A DNA stretch of 64,000 nucleotides from assembly GCA_031269095.1 (NCBI GenBank), contig JAIRWI010000030.1, forward strand, positions 27,212 to 91,211. The letters run 5' to 3'. Within the stretch, counting starts at the first letter, position 1. The number at the start of each line of letters is the position of its first letter. The translations under genes were made by a program, and so were the position numbers. The notes under the pieces were generated by a model that had not been told where the DNA came from, did not search any database, and worked only from the letters and a program-made list of their open reading frames with translations. Shown piece after piece: positions 37,168-46,076 of this stretch. The DNA is from Holosporales bacterium (GTDB taxonomy: Bacteria > Pseudomonadota > Alphaproteobacteria > RUG11792).

Positions 37168-38559
37168 TTGAACAAAGTGAAAGTAGTAGTAGTTAGGTTC
37201 GCCCCAAGCCCGACAGGGGTTTTACATATCGGTTCAGTAAGAACAGCGTTGTTTAATTGGCTTTATGCTAGACATACTAATGGCAAGTTTCTTCTTCGTA
37301 TTGAGGATACTGATAAATTACGTTCAACCGATGAGAATAAGCAGCTGATTTTTGATGCTCTTAAATGGATCGGTATAGACCATGATGGAGAGGTAGTTAT
37401 TCAATCAGACCGCCTTGAACGTCATAAACAGGTTGCATATGAACTTGTAGAAAACGGAATGGCATACTTTTGTTATTGTTCCCAAAAAGAACTCGTGGAG
37501 AAAAAAGAAATTGCTATAAATAGTGGGAAATCCTATAAGTATGACAGGACATGCCGCGATTTATTAGAAAAAAAAACGGGGATCCCTTATGTTATTCGCC
37601 TCAAATCCGAAATAGATGGAAATACAATTGTAAATGATCTAGTGCAAGGAACCGTACGGGTGAATAACTCTCAACTCGATGACCTTGTTTTGTTGCGATC
37701 AGATGGAACCCCAACGTATGCACTCTCAGTAGTTGTTGACGACCACGACATGGGGATCACGCATGTCATAAGAGGGGATGACCATCTAACTAATACATTT
37801 AGGCAAATCCAGATATACAAAGCCTGTGGGTGGAATATCCCAAATTTTGGACATATTCCTCTTATATATGGGGTCGATGGAGCGAAGCTTTCAAAAAGGC
37901 ATGGAGCAGTTAGTATAGTTGAATACAAGGATCTTGGATATCTTCCAGAGGCGTTATCGAATTATCTGCTTAGATTAGGATGGGCACATGGTGATGACGA
38001 AATTATTTCCAAAGAACAGGCAATAGCATGGTTTGATATTAAAAACGTCGGTAAATCTCCATCAAGGTTTGATATAAATAAACTAACCCATTTAAATGAA
38101 CACTATATTAAAGAAAAGAATGGGGAGGATGTTATTGAATATATGTCTCAGTTTATGGGAGTTCAGCCAGATGGGGCTGCCAAAACTCGTATACTAAAGG
38201 GTTTAAAAAGTTTAAAAGAAAGAGCAAAAACTATAGTGGATTTGGCAAAATCATCTATGATTTATGTTGAAATACCCTCAGAATACGACGAAAAGTGTTA
38301 TAAATTTACAGAAGGGATCCATCTAAAGCTTCTGAGAGAGTTTTGTAAAAATATGGAAGATTCTTCGTCGGATTTTTATGAGAAGGCAAAAAAAATTGCT
38401 GAGAACAACAATGTTAAATTTGTGGAAATGGCTCAAAGTTTACGTGCAGCTTTAACGGGAAATACAATTTCTCCAAGTGTTTTTGAGATTATTGATATTA
38501 TTGGTATCGAAGAGTCTCGTAAAAGAATTGAAAAATTTATAGAAATTTTTGAAAAATGA
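37168..38559 (+). CDS. gltX: glutamate--tRNA ligase
   Basis: 463 aa, TTG start. RFAPSPTGVLHIGSVRTALFNW (HIGH) and KLSKRHG (KMSKS). Confidence 0.95.
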   Translation: MNKVKVVVVRFAPSPTGVLHIGSVRTALFNWLYARHTNGKFLLRIEDTDKLRSTDENKQLIFDALKWIGIDHDGEVVIQSDRLERHKQVAYELVENGMAYFCYCSQKELVEKKEIAINSGKSYKYDRTCRDLLEKKTGIPYVIRLKSEIDGNTIVNDLVQGTVRVNNSQLDDLVLLRSDGTPTYALSVVVDDHDMGITHVIRGDDHLTNTFRQIQIYKACGWNIPNFGHIPLIYGVDGAKLSKRHGAVSIVEYKDLGYLPEALSNYLLRLGWAHGDDEIISKEQAIAWFDIKNVGKSPSRFDINKLTHLNEHYIKEKNGEDVIEYMSQFMGVQPDGAAKTRILKGLKSLKERAKTIVDLAKSSMIYVEIPSEYDEKCYKFTEGIHLKLLREFCKNMEDSSSDFYEKAKKIAENNNVKFVEMAQSLRAALTGNTISPSVFEIIDIIGIEESRKRIEKFIEIFEK

Positions 38560-38945
38560 TTATAGGACTAGGAATTGATTTGCTTGATTCTCGTAGAATA
38601 GATGGGATTATGCAAAGACATGGGGATAGATTCCAAAATAAAATATATACCAGAGGAGAGAGAGAATTTGCTTTAGATAGAACGAAACCTAACGAGAGTT
38701 TTGCCAAGATTTTCTCCACAAAAGAAGCAGTTATTAAAGCTATTTCAAATGTTTCAGGAGTTTTTTGGCATGATATAGAAGTATTCCACGATAAAAATGG
38801 CAAACCGATCATCAAACTTCATAACATGGCTCACAAAAATTTGCTAAAAAAAACTAATGGAGCTGCGTATAAAATAGACGTAACTGTATCTGACGAAAGG
38901 CACTATGTAATTGCATTTGCCATTGTTACGCTTGAAAAAACGTAA
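38556..38945 (+). CDS. acpS: holo-[acyl-carrier-protein] synthase
   Basis: 129 aa. MIIGLGIDLLDSRRI, FSTKEAVIKA and a C-terminal ..VTVSDERHYVIAFAIV. ATGA overlap with gltX. Confidence 0.9.
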   Translation: MIIGLGIDLLDSRRIDGIMQRHGDRFQNKIYTRGEREFALDRTKPNESFAKIFSTKEAVIKAISNVSGVFWHDIEVFHDKNGKPIIKLHNMAHKNLLKKTNGAAYKIDVTVSDERHYVIAFAIVTLEKT

Positions 38946-39006
38946 ATCTTAGTGTACCCTTGATCCGAGAAAGTTATAGTAGTTATGTTATATACGTATA
39001 TATTGT

Positions 39007-39080
39007 GGCCGAGTGGCAGAAAGGCTATGCAGCGGATTGCAAATCCGTGTATGTCGGTTCAATTCCGGCCTCGGCCTCCA
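39007..39080 (+). tRNA. tRNA-Cys (anticodon GCA), CCA encoded
   Basis: Manual fold. Acceptor ggccgag/ctcggcc. Anticodon stem gcgga/tccgt with loop ttGCAaa. T arm gtcgg-ttcaatt-ccggc. Discriminator t, then cca. 74 nt. Confidence 0.9.
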
Positions 39081-39114
39081 ACTTTGTGTTATTTTAGGGT
39101 GTGATAACAAATAA

Positions 39115-40083
39115 ATGTCTGGGATTTTTTTAGATTTTGAAAATCAGGTTTCGATTCTTGAAGAAAAACTTAGAGAACTTCGTACCATATCGATTGATGG
39201 GAATATTAATAATGTCTCTGCTGAAATTTTAAAAACTCAGCAAAAAATCGACAAATTACTAAAAAATATATACCATAATTTAACTCCTTGGCAAAAAGTT
39301 GCTGTTGCAAGACATCCTGATCGTCCTAAATTTCTTGATTATTTAAATATACTCTTTACCGATTTTATCGAACTATCTGGAGATAGGGTGTTTGGAGACG
39401 ATATGGCAATTGTCGGCGGGATAGCTAGGTATAATCAAATACCGTGCGTTGTTATCGGTCAGGAAAAAGGAAATGATACAGAATCCCGCTTAAAACATAA
39501 TTTTGGTATGGCAAAACCAGAGGGATATAGGAAAGCTTATAGACTTTTCGAACTCGCTGATAAATTTTCCCTCCCTATTCTGACTTTTGTTGATACATCA
39601 GGGGCATACCCAGGAATAGAATCAGAAGAAAGAGGACAGGCAGAAGCTATCGCGAAATGTATGGAAAAAAGTTTCCAAATTAAGGTTCCGTTTATAAGTG
39701 TTATTATAGGAGAAGGAGGATCTGGAGGAGCCATAGCTCTTGCATCATCGGATTATGTTCTTATGTTAGAGCATTCTATATACTCAGTTATTTCTCCCGA
39801 AGGTTGTGCGTCGATCCTCTGGAAGGATGATAGTAAAGCGGAAATAGCAGCAAATTCTCAAAAACTCACTGCTCAAGATCTTATTAATTTAGGAATCATA
39901 GATTGTGTTATAGCAGAACCAACCGGAGGGGCACATAGAAATAAGGATGAGACTGTAAAAAATGTTGGAGAAACAATTTCCCAATTTTTAGACAAATCTC
40001 TAAAAGTAGGCAGTAATGAAGAACGCAGAGCTCAAAGGCGACAAAGATTTATAAAAATTGGAGACATGTACATTGAAAATTAA
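39115..40083 (+). CDS. accA: acetyl-CoA carboxylase carboxyltransferase subunit alpha
   Basis: 322 aa. Motifs ARHPDRPK, FVDTSGAYPGIESEERGQAEAIA and IGEGGSGGAIA. Confidence 0.95.
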   Translation: MSGIFLDFENQVSILEEKLRELRTISIDGNINNVSAEILKTQQKIDKLLKNIYHNLTPWQKVAVARHPDRPKFLDYLNILFTDFIELSGDRVFGDDMAIVGGIARYNQIPCVVIGQEKGNDTESRLKHNFGMAKPEGYRKAYRLFELADKFSLPILTFVDTSGAYPGIESEERGQAEAIAKCMEKSFQIKVPFISVIIGEGGSGGAIALASSDYVLMLEHSIYSVISPEGCASILWKDDSKAEIAANSQKLTAQDLINLGIIDCVIAEPTGGAHRNKDETVKNVGETISQFLDKSLKVGSNEERRAQRRQRFIKIGDMYIEN

Positions 40084-40108
40084 TATTTTTAGTATAAAAA
40101 ATTCAAAA

Positions 40109-40558
40109 ATGATTATTATCATAACGTGTTTGTTTTTGGTTGGGGGATCATTTTTTATAGATAATTTTTTAGGGAAAAAACCCTGTGATTTGTGTTTAAT
40201 AACACGGTATTCGCATCTAACGATAGCTTTTTTAGCTATAGCTTCTTTGTTTTTTACCAATACCACTCTAAAGAAAGGACTGATAGTTATGTTGTTTGGA
40301 GCTTTGTGTTTTGGTTTTTATCATGTGGGAGTTGAGAATCATTGGTGGAGCGGACCCGCTCATTGTACAACAGACCTATTACCGACTCTTTCGACAGCTA
40401 TTGATGGTCAAATAAATGGAATTAGATGCGATGTTGTAAATTTTGCAATTTTCGGTATTTCTTTAACAGTTTATAATTTTGTTGCTCTTGCTGGTCTTTT
40501 TTGGATATTCAGCATTGCCATAACCATAGAGTCATTTAAAAAAAAATATGATATATAA
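40109..40558 (+). CDS. dsbB: disulfide bond formation protein DsbB-like
   Basis: ORF from 40058, with the likely start MIIIITCLFLVGG. Four hydrophobic segments. First loop PCDLC (CxxC). Second Cys pair HCTTD...GIRCDVV. Confidence 0.7.
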   Translation: MIIIITCLFLVGGSFFIDNFLGKKPCDLCLITRYSHLTIAFLAIASLFFTNTTLKKGLIVMLFGALCFGFYHVGVENHWWSGPAHCTTDLLPTLSTAIDGQINGIRCDVVNFAIFGISLTVYNFVALAGLFWIFSIAITIESFKKKYDI

Positions 40559-40925
40559 GTATAGCCTTAGTGATTTAGAGGTTATGGCAATTGAATATGC
40601 TAATATGGTTAAAACACCTCCATTTACATTTCTTTTATATGGGGATTTAGGTTCTGGGAAGACAACTTTTACACAGTTTTTTATTAATAGATTACTTATT
40701 AACAAGACTGATGTCGTCACAAGCCCGACATTCAATATGGTACAAATCTACGAAACAATAAAGGGAGGAATATGGCATGCTGATCTTTATAGGGTAAAAA
40801 ATAAAACAGAGCTTGAAGAACTTGGTTTAATTGAGGCAATGCATAGCAATATATGTATAATAGAGTGGCCAAAAATCATAGAACCATACATAAAAAACTG
40901 TAAAAATAAAATTATTAATTTTTAA
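40548..40925 (+). CDS. tsaE: tRNA threonylcarbamoyladenosine biosynthesis protein TsaE
   Basis: 125 aa. Motifs LYGDLGSGKTTFTQ, SPTFNMVQIYE, HADLYR and IIEWP. Confidence 0.9.
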   Translation: MIYKYSLSDLEVMAIEYANMVKTPPFTFLLYGDLGSGKTTFTQFFINRLLINKTDVVTSPTFNMVQIYETIKGGIWHADLYRVKNKTELEELGLIEAMHSNICIIEWPKIIEPYIKNCKNKIINF

Positions 40926-40927
40926 TT

Positions 40928-41030
40928 TATGCTCAATTGGTTTAACACTCAAATCAACAAAAATGCGAAAATCCAAGCAATCCCAAGGAAGATGTAGCTT
41001 CAAAAATTATTTTCCTGCTTAGTGATTATA
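40928..41030 (-). repeat. R1 MITE-like unit, diverged R1a-like copy
   Basis: tatgctcaattggtttaac...caacaaaaatgcgaaaatccaagcaatcccaaggaagatgtagcttcaaaaattattttcctgcttagtgattata. Starts 3 nt after the tsaE stop. Confidence 0.5.
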
Positions 41031-41168
41031 CTACAAAACAAATATACTTAGTAAAAACCTGGAGCATTGTGCTTATCTCAATTTTAGCATATAGTAGAAG
41101 AGAAATTAATAAGGTATTTGGTCTCTTTTTACGCTGTAATTCTAAATATTTTTGAACTAGAAGGATAT

Positions 41169-42176
41169 ATGAAAAACAAAAGAATTATCGTTGTTGGCGC
41201 AACAGGGAGAGTTGGACGAGAAATTCTATCTATCCTATTAGAAAATAATGTTCCTATCAGCCATATAGAGTGTGCTGCCTCTGCAAAATCTGACGGTATA
41301 AAAATTCAGTATGGTGACGATTTTCTAGTGGTACGAGCAATAGATAAAATCGATTTCTCGAAATATAATATAGGTCTTTTTTCAGCTGGATCCGAGGTTT
41401 CAAGGAAATATGCCCCGATAGCTGCTAAGCTGGGGTGCATTGTTATAGACAATACATCATATTTTAGAATGCACGATGATGTTCCGTTAATTGTTCCAGA
41501 AATTAATCTTGCTTCATGTAAAAATCATAAAAACATCATAGCAAATCCAAACTGTTCAACAATTCAGATGGTTATGGTGCTAAAACCTCTCCATGATACG
41601 TTTGGAGGATTGTCGGAGGTCGTCGTTTCTTCATATCAATCAGTTTCTGGAGCTGGGCAAAAAGGAATCGAGGAACTACTCCAACAAACTATGAATATTA
41701 TTAATAATAATAGCGAACGTATAGAAATCAATACATTTAAAAAACAAATAGCATTCAATCTTATACCGCAAATAGATTCGTTTACAGATTCTCTATATAC
41801 AAAAGAAGAACTAAAAATGATGGACGAAACAAAGAAAATTTTGGGTTTGGATAACGTTGATATAACTGCTACATGTGTTAGGGTGCCGGTTTTAGTATCC
41901 CATTCCGTTTCTGTCTTTGCAAAATTTGAAAAAAATGTAAACCTAAATATAGCTATAGATTCTTTGAAAAACTTCCCAGGGATTAAAATTATGGATAACA
42001 CAGAAAATTATATATATACCACCCCTATCGACGCTGTTTCTAAAAATGATGTCTATGTAAGTAGAATTAGAAAACATCCAAGGATAGATAACTCCATTTC
42101 GTTTTGGTGTGTATCTGATAACCTTAGAAAAGGAGCAGCGTTAAATGCTGTACAAATTGCTAAAAAACTTAAATAA
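41169..42176 (+). CDS. asd: aspartate-semialdehyde dehydrogenase
   Basis: ORF from 41118, with the likely ATG at 41169 (MKNKRIIVVGATGRVGRE, NAD-binding motif). NPNCSTIQM active-site Cys. SVSGAGQKG. Confidence 0.93.
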   Translation: MKNKRIIVVGATGRVGREILSILLENNVPISHIECAASAKSDGIKIQYGDDFLVVRAIDKIDFSKYNIGLFSAGSEVSRKYAPIAAKLGCIVIDNTSYFRMHDDVPLIVPEINLASCKNHKNIIANPNCSTIQMVMVLKPLHDTFGGLSEVVVSSYQSVSGAGQKGIEELLQQTMNIINNNSERIEINTFKKQIAFNLIPQIDSFTDSLYTKEELKMMDETKKILGLDNVDITATCVRVPVLVSHSVSVFAKFEKNVNLNIAIDSLKNFPGIKIMDNTENYIYTTPIDAVSKNDVYVSRIRKHPRIDNSISFWCVSDNLRKGAALNAVQIAKKLK

Positions 42177-42179
42177 CTT

Positions 42180-42245
42180 ATGCCTACGCTCTGTTAACAA
42201 AGTTTTAGCTTTAGGAAAACCAATACTAAAAAACACAAAATGTAC
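42180..42245 (+). repeat. truncated R1 unit (head only), forms a head-out dimer with 42246-42345
   Basis: tatgcctacgctctgttaacaaag resembles the R1 head tatgctcgctctagttagcgaag. The rest is short and diverged. Confidence 0.4.
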
Positions 42246-42345
42246 TATAGTTGCTCAAGTTAATATTGATACATATACCTAAAACATCAGTAATTCTGGG
42301 GATGTGTGTTGAAAAATTATTTCTTTTCTAACTAGATCGAGTATA
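42246..42345 (-). repeat. R1 MITE-like unit, subfamily R1a, head at right
   Basis: tatagttgctcaagttaatattgatacatatacctaaaacatcagtaattctggggatgtgtgttgaaaaattatttcttttctaactagatcgagtata. Confidence 0.8.
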
Positions 42346-42472
42346 TCAGTTTGGTTATCGAATTAATCAAATATACTTACGCCAGCTTCTTAGTAGTTTT
42401 TTTTAGGTAATCAAATTTGCATGTTCTCAGTTCAGTTAATGATTAAAAATATAAAGGCGGGCATATTAAAGA

Positions 42473-43888
42473 TTAGTCCATTAAATTCCCAAATTTTGTC
42501 AGCCTACCATCGAAGAAAAGCTTTATTGATCCAACTGGGCCATGTCTCTGTTTAGCAATAATAATTTCAGCTCTGTTATATATCTTTTCCATTTCAAGTT
42601 GCCATTTATCATGCTCAATTGTTCCTTCCTGTGGCTCTTTACGTGCTTTGTAATATTCTTCACGAAAAACAAACATTACAACATCGGAATCTTGTTCAAT
42701 TGATCCGGATTCTCTAAGATCAGAAAGCTGTGGTTTCTTGTCTTCCCTTTGTTCAACTGCCCTAGAAAGTTGGGAAAGTGCAACTACGGGAACGTTCATT
42801 TCTTTAGCCAGTCCTTTAAGAGCTCTTGTTATCTCTGAAATTTCGTTTACTCTATTATCCGAGTTTCTTCTTCCTCCCGATTCGACGAGTTGCAGGTAAT
42901 CAATGACGATTAATCCGATATTATACTTACGTTTCAGTCTTCGTACCCTACTTCTTATTTGCCCAACCGTTATATTTGGGGTATCATCTATAAAAAGTTC
43001 AATTGATTCAAGTTCTCTGCTTATTGTTAAAAATTTATCGAAAGAATCTTTTGGAATCTCTCCACGTCTAATGCTATCAGATGATATACCAGATTCACTC
43101 GATAAGATTCTAGTTGCTAATTGCTCTGCTGACATTTCAAGAGAGAAAAACACTACAGCTGTTCCATCTTGAAAATTTTTTAACTTCTGTTTTGCCGCAT
43201 TGAATGCAATATTAGTTGCAAAGGCGGTTTTTCCCATAGATGGTCGACCTGCGACAACTATTAAATCAGATTTATGCATACCACCAAGCCACTTGTCCAA
43301 AGCTTTAAACCCCGTGGTAACCCCCACTATATGGGTATCACGCTTATACGCACTTGCAGCTGCTTCTATAGAAGAAGCCAACGCATCACTGAAGGCGAAT
43401 AGCCTATTATTATCTCCAATTCCGTTAGCAATATTGTAAAGTTTTTTTTCCGCATCTTCTATGAGGCCGTTTGTTGTTTCTTCTTCCACCATGTTTTTTG
43501 CGCGAGAAGCGATTTCGTCTCCTATATTCATAATCTGTCGTCTTAAATGAAGATCATGTATTATGCCTGCGTAATCAGCAATTCCACTCAATCCTATAAC
43601 CGCATCTGCAAGATCGATAATATATTTCTGTCCATCTGATTTTACAAACATGTCATCCTGGGTCAGATACGCCGTTATTGTAATCGGATCTGCTACAGAT
43701 CCTAAATCTCTGATTTTTTTAATAGTATTGAATATTTTTGCATTTAAAGGGCTCGAAAAACTCTCAGAGACAAAATAATCCGGAATTCTTTCCAAAAGAT
43801 CATTATCTAGGATAACTGCACCGAGCAAGGCTTGTTCAGCCTCGATGTTATGGAGAACGGTGGATAATAGGTGATTAGTGTCCTCCAT
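42473..43888 (-). CDS. dnaB: replicative DNA helicase
   Basis: 471 aa. Motifs IEAEQALLGA, GRPSMGKTAFA (Walker A), LIVIDYLQL and AKQRHGPVG. Confidence 0.96.
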   Translation of the reverse strand: MEDTNHLLSTVLHNIEAEQALLGAVILDNDLLERIPDYFVSESFSSPLNAKIFNTIKKIRDLGSVADPITITAYLTQDDMFVKSDGQKYIIDLADAVIGLSGIADYAGIIHDLHLRRQIMNIGDEIASRAKNMVEEETTNGLIEDAEKKLYNIANGIGDNNRLFAFSDALASSIEAAASAYKRDTHIVGVTTGFKALDKWLGGMHKSDLIVVAGRPSMGKTAFATNIAFNAAKQKLKNFQDGTAVVFFSLEMSAEQLATRILSSESGISSDSIRRGEIPKDSFDKFLTISRELESIELFIDDTPNITVGQIRSRVRRLKRKYNIGLIVIDYLQLVESGGRRNSDNRVNEISEITRALKGLAKEMNVPVVALSQLSRAVEQREDKKPQLSDLRESGSIEQDSDVVMFVFREEYYKARKEPQEGTIEHDKWQLEMEKIYNRAEIIIAKQRHGPVGSIKLFFDGRLTKFGNLMD

Positions 43889-43892
43889 ACAT

Positions 43893-44414
43893 CTATGCAG
43901 CTTTTAACAACGTTTTAAGTTTTTGTACGGCTTCTTCTTCTTGTATTTCTTCAAGAACAGCTATTTCTCTAGCCAATCTATCTATAGCATTTTGGAAAAT
44001 TTGTCTTTCACTGAAAGATTGGACGGCTTCGCCCCCATCTTTATATAAATCTCGAAGAACTTCAGCGATTGCAACGGGGTCACCGGAATTAATCTTTGCC
44101 TCATATTCCTGTGCTCTTTTGCTCCACATCATTTTCTTTTTTCTGCTTTTTTGTGAAAGTATATCAAGAGCTGTTTGCATATCCTGTTTAGATAGCAATT
44201 TTCGTAATCCTGAACTAATCGCTTTTTCAACTGGAAGTTTCAGTATCAATTTATTTTTGTTAAATGAAATGACAAAAAACTCAACACTTCCCCCATCAAT
44301 TTCAAATTTTTCTACGTTTTCGAGACGACCTACACCATGAGATGGGTACACAACCCAGGTTCCAATTTCAAAAATGGAGCTCTTCTTTGTCTTGTTAGAA
44401 TTATTATCCGACAT
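43893..44414 (-). CDS. carD: CarD/CdnL-family transcriptional regulator
   Basis: 173 aa. The N-terminal FEIGTWVVYPSHGVGRLENVE Tudor-like RNAP-interacting domain pattern, followed by a helical C-terminal domain. Confidence 0.88.
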   Translation of the reverse strand: MSDNNSNKTKKSSIFEIGTWVVYPSHGVGRLENVEKFEIDGGSVEFFVISFNKNKLILKLPVEKAISSGLRKLLSKQDMQTALDILSQKSRKKKMMWSKRAQEYEAKINSGDPVAIAEVLRDLYKDGGEAVQSFSERQIFQNAIDRLAREIAVLEEIQEEEAVQKLKTLLKAA

Positions 44415-44561
44415 GCGTCAAATCACTTCCAAAATATTTTCGTAATACTATCACAGTCTTTTGCAAAAATCAACGACAGAAGTACCCTTTAGAAGGTATT
44501 TAAAAGTGAGTATTTAAAGTATTTTTATTTATAAATCAGTTTATTTTTTATATACCAACAA

Positions 44562-45893
44562 TTACTGTCTTAAATCTCCAAACAAACTATTTTGAAACGC
44601 ATTTTTTATGTCAACTCTGAGAAATTCCCCAATTACGTTATGGTCACTTTCGATAACGACGGATTGCATATATGGAGACCGACCGATATACTGTTTTTCC
44701 TTTTTACCGAGTTTTTCGATTAAAATAGTTTGGCTAGTGTCGATACAGCTTTTATTAAATTTTAGTTGTTGTTCCATTAAATTTTGGTGCAGAATTTCAA
44801 ATCGTTTGTTTTTTTCAATCATTGGTATTTGATTTTTCATATTATATGCAGGAGTATTTTTTCTACGACTATATTTAAAAGCATAAAACAAAGAAAAATT
44901 GACCTTCTTAACAAGGTTAATGGTGTCATAAAAATCTTTTTCAGATTCACCTGGAAAACCGACTATAAAATCTGATGAAAACGATATTTCATTGCAAATT
45001 TCACGAAATCTTTCTGTTTTTTTAATGTAATCCTCAGCGGTATGTCCCCTGTTCATTAATTTTAATATCCTATCACTTCCAGATTGAACAGGTATATGTG
45101 CGAATGGAGGCATAATTTCTTTTAATTCTTGGTGAACGTTCATCAGTTCCTCTGTAAAATCTTTCGGATGGGAGGTAGTGTAACGCAGCCTCCTTACTCC
45201 ATTTATGTTCGCAACACTGCGAAGTAATTTTTCAAAACTATACTCAGATTTATATGAATTAACATTCTGTCCAAGCAAGGTAATTTCCTTAGCACCATTT
45301 TCAACCAATTCTCTAACCTCGTTTACAATATCAGTAGCAGGTCTCGAATATTCACGCCCTCTTGTATATGGGACAACGCAGTACGTGCAAAAATTATCAC
45401 ATCCCTCTTGTATACTTACAAACTCTGAAAATGAAACAATTTTTTTTGAGGGGAGGTACACGAATTTTTCTGCTTGTGTAAATTTTATATCGAGTATTTT
45501 TTTAGATTTATCGACAAAAACTTCTTCTATATACGTATGGAGGTTATGATAAGTTTGCGGACCAAAAACTATACTAATATCTTCGCATTTATTAAAAAAT
45601 TCATTTTGTTCAGCTTGGGCAACACATCCTCCTACAGCTATAATTTTTTTTTCTCTATTTTTTATTCTCCCAATATCTGAAAGTAATTTACTAACAGCTT
45701 TTTCTCGGATATTGCACGTATAAAAAATGATTATATCAGAGTTTTCCATACTGGCGCTTTCGACATAGTCATTTTTTGTTAAATGATCTCTAATCCTTAT
45801 GGAGTCGTATACATTCATCTGGCAGCCATAAACTTTAATAAAAAAAGATTTCATGGCACCACTGTAATGATCACGATTTTCAGAAAAAGACAT
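44562..45893 (-). CDS. miaB: tRNA-2-methylthio-N6-dimethylallyladenosine synthase
   Basis: 443 aa. N-terminal FIKVYGCQMNVYDS (UPF0004). Radical SAM motif EGCDNFCTYCVVPYTRG. C-terminal TRAM-like region. Confidence 0.93.
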   Translation of the reverse strand: MSFSENRDHYSGAMKSFFIKVYGCQMNVYDSIRIRDHLTKNDYVESASMENSDIIIFYTCNIREKAVSKLLSDIGRIKNREKKIIAVGGCVAQAEQNEFFNKCEDISIVFGPQTYHNLHTYIEEVFVDKSKKILDIKFTQAEKFVYLPSKKIVSFSEFVSIQEGCDNFCTYCVVPYTRGREYSRPATDIVNEVRELVENGAKEITLLGQNVNSYKSEYSFEKLLRSVANINGVRRLRYTTSHPKDFTEELMNVHQELKEIMPPFAHIPVQSGSDRILKLMNRGHTAEDYIKKTERFREICNEISFSSDFIVGFPGESEKDFYDTINLVKKVNFSLFYAFKYSRRKNTPAYNMKNQIPMIEKNKRFEILHQNLMEQQLKFNKSCIDTSQTILIEKLGKKEKQYIGRSPYMQSVVIESDHNVIGEFLRVDIKNAFQNSLFGDLRQ

Positions 45894-46076
45894 TAATGAA
45901 TTTTAAAGATTCTCACTTACAAGTCAATAAAAAAAGAACAAAGAAGAGACGATGAGGAAATTTTTTATAAAATAAAGTTAAACTTTTACTAAAGATTGAA
46001 GAAATAAAATTATTATTTTTTTGGTTTATGTAAAAATATATTTCATATGGTCAGGATGTGGGAAAGAGGTTAGGAA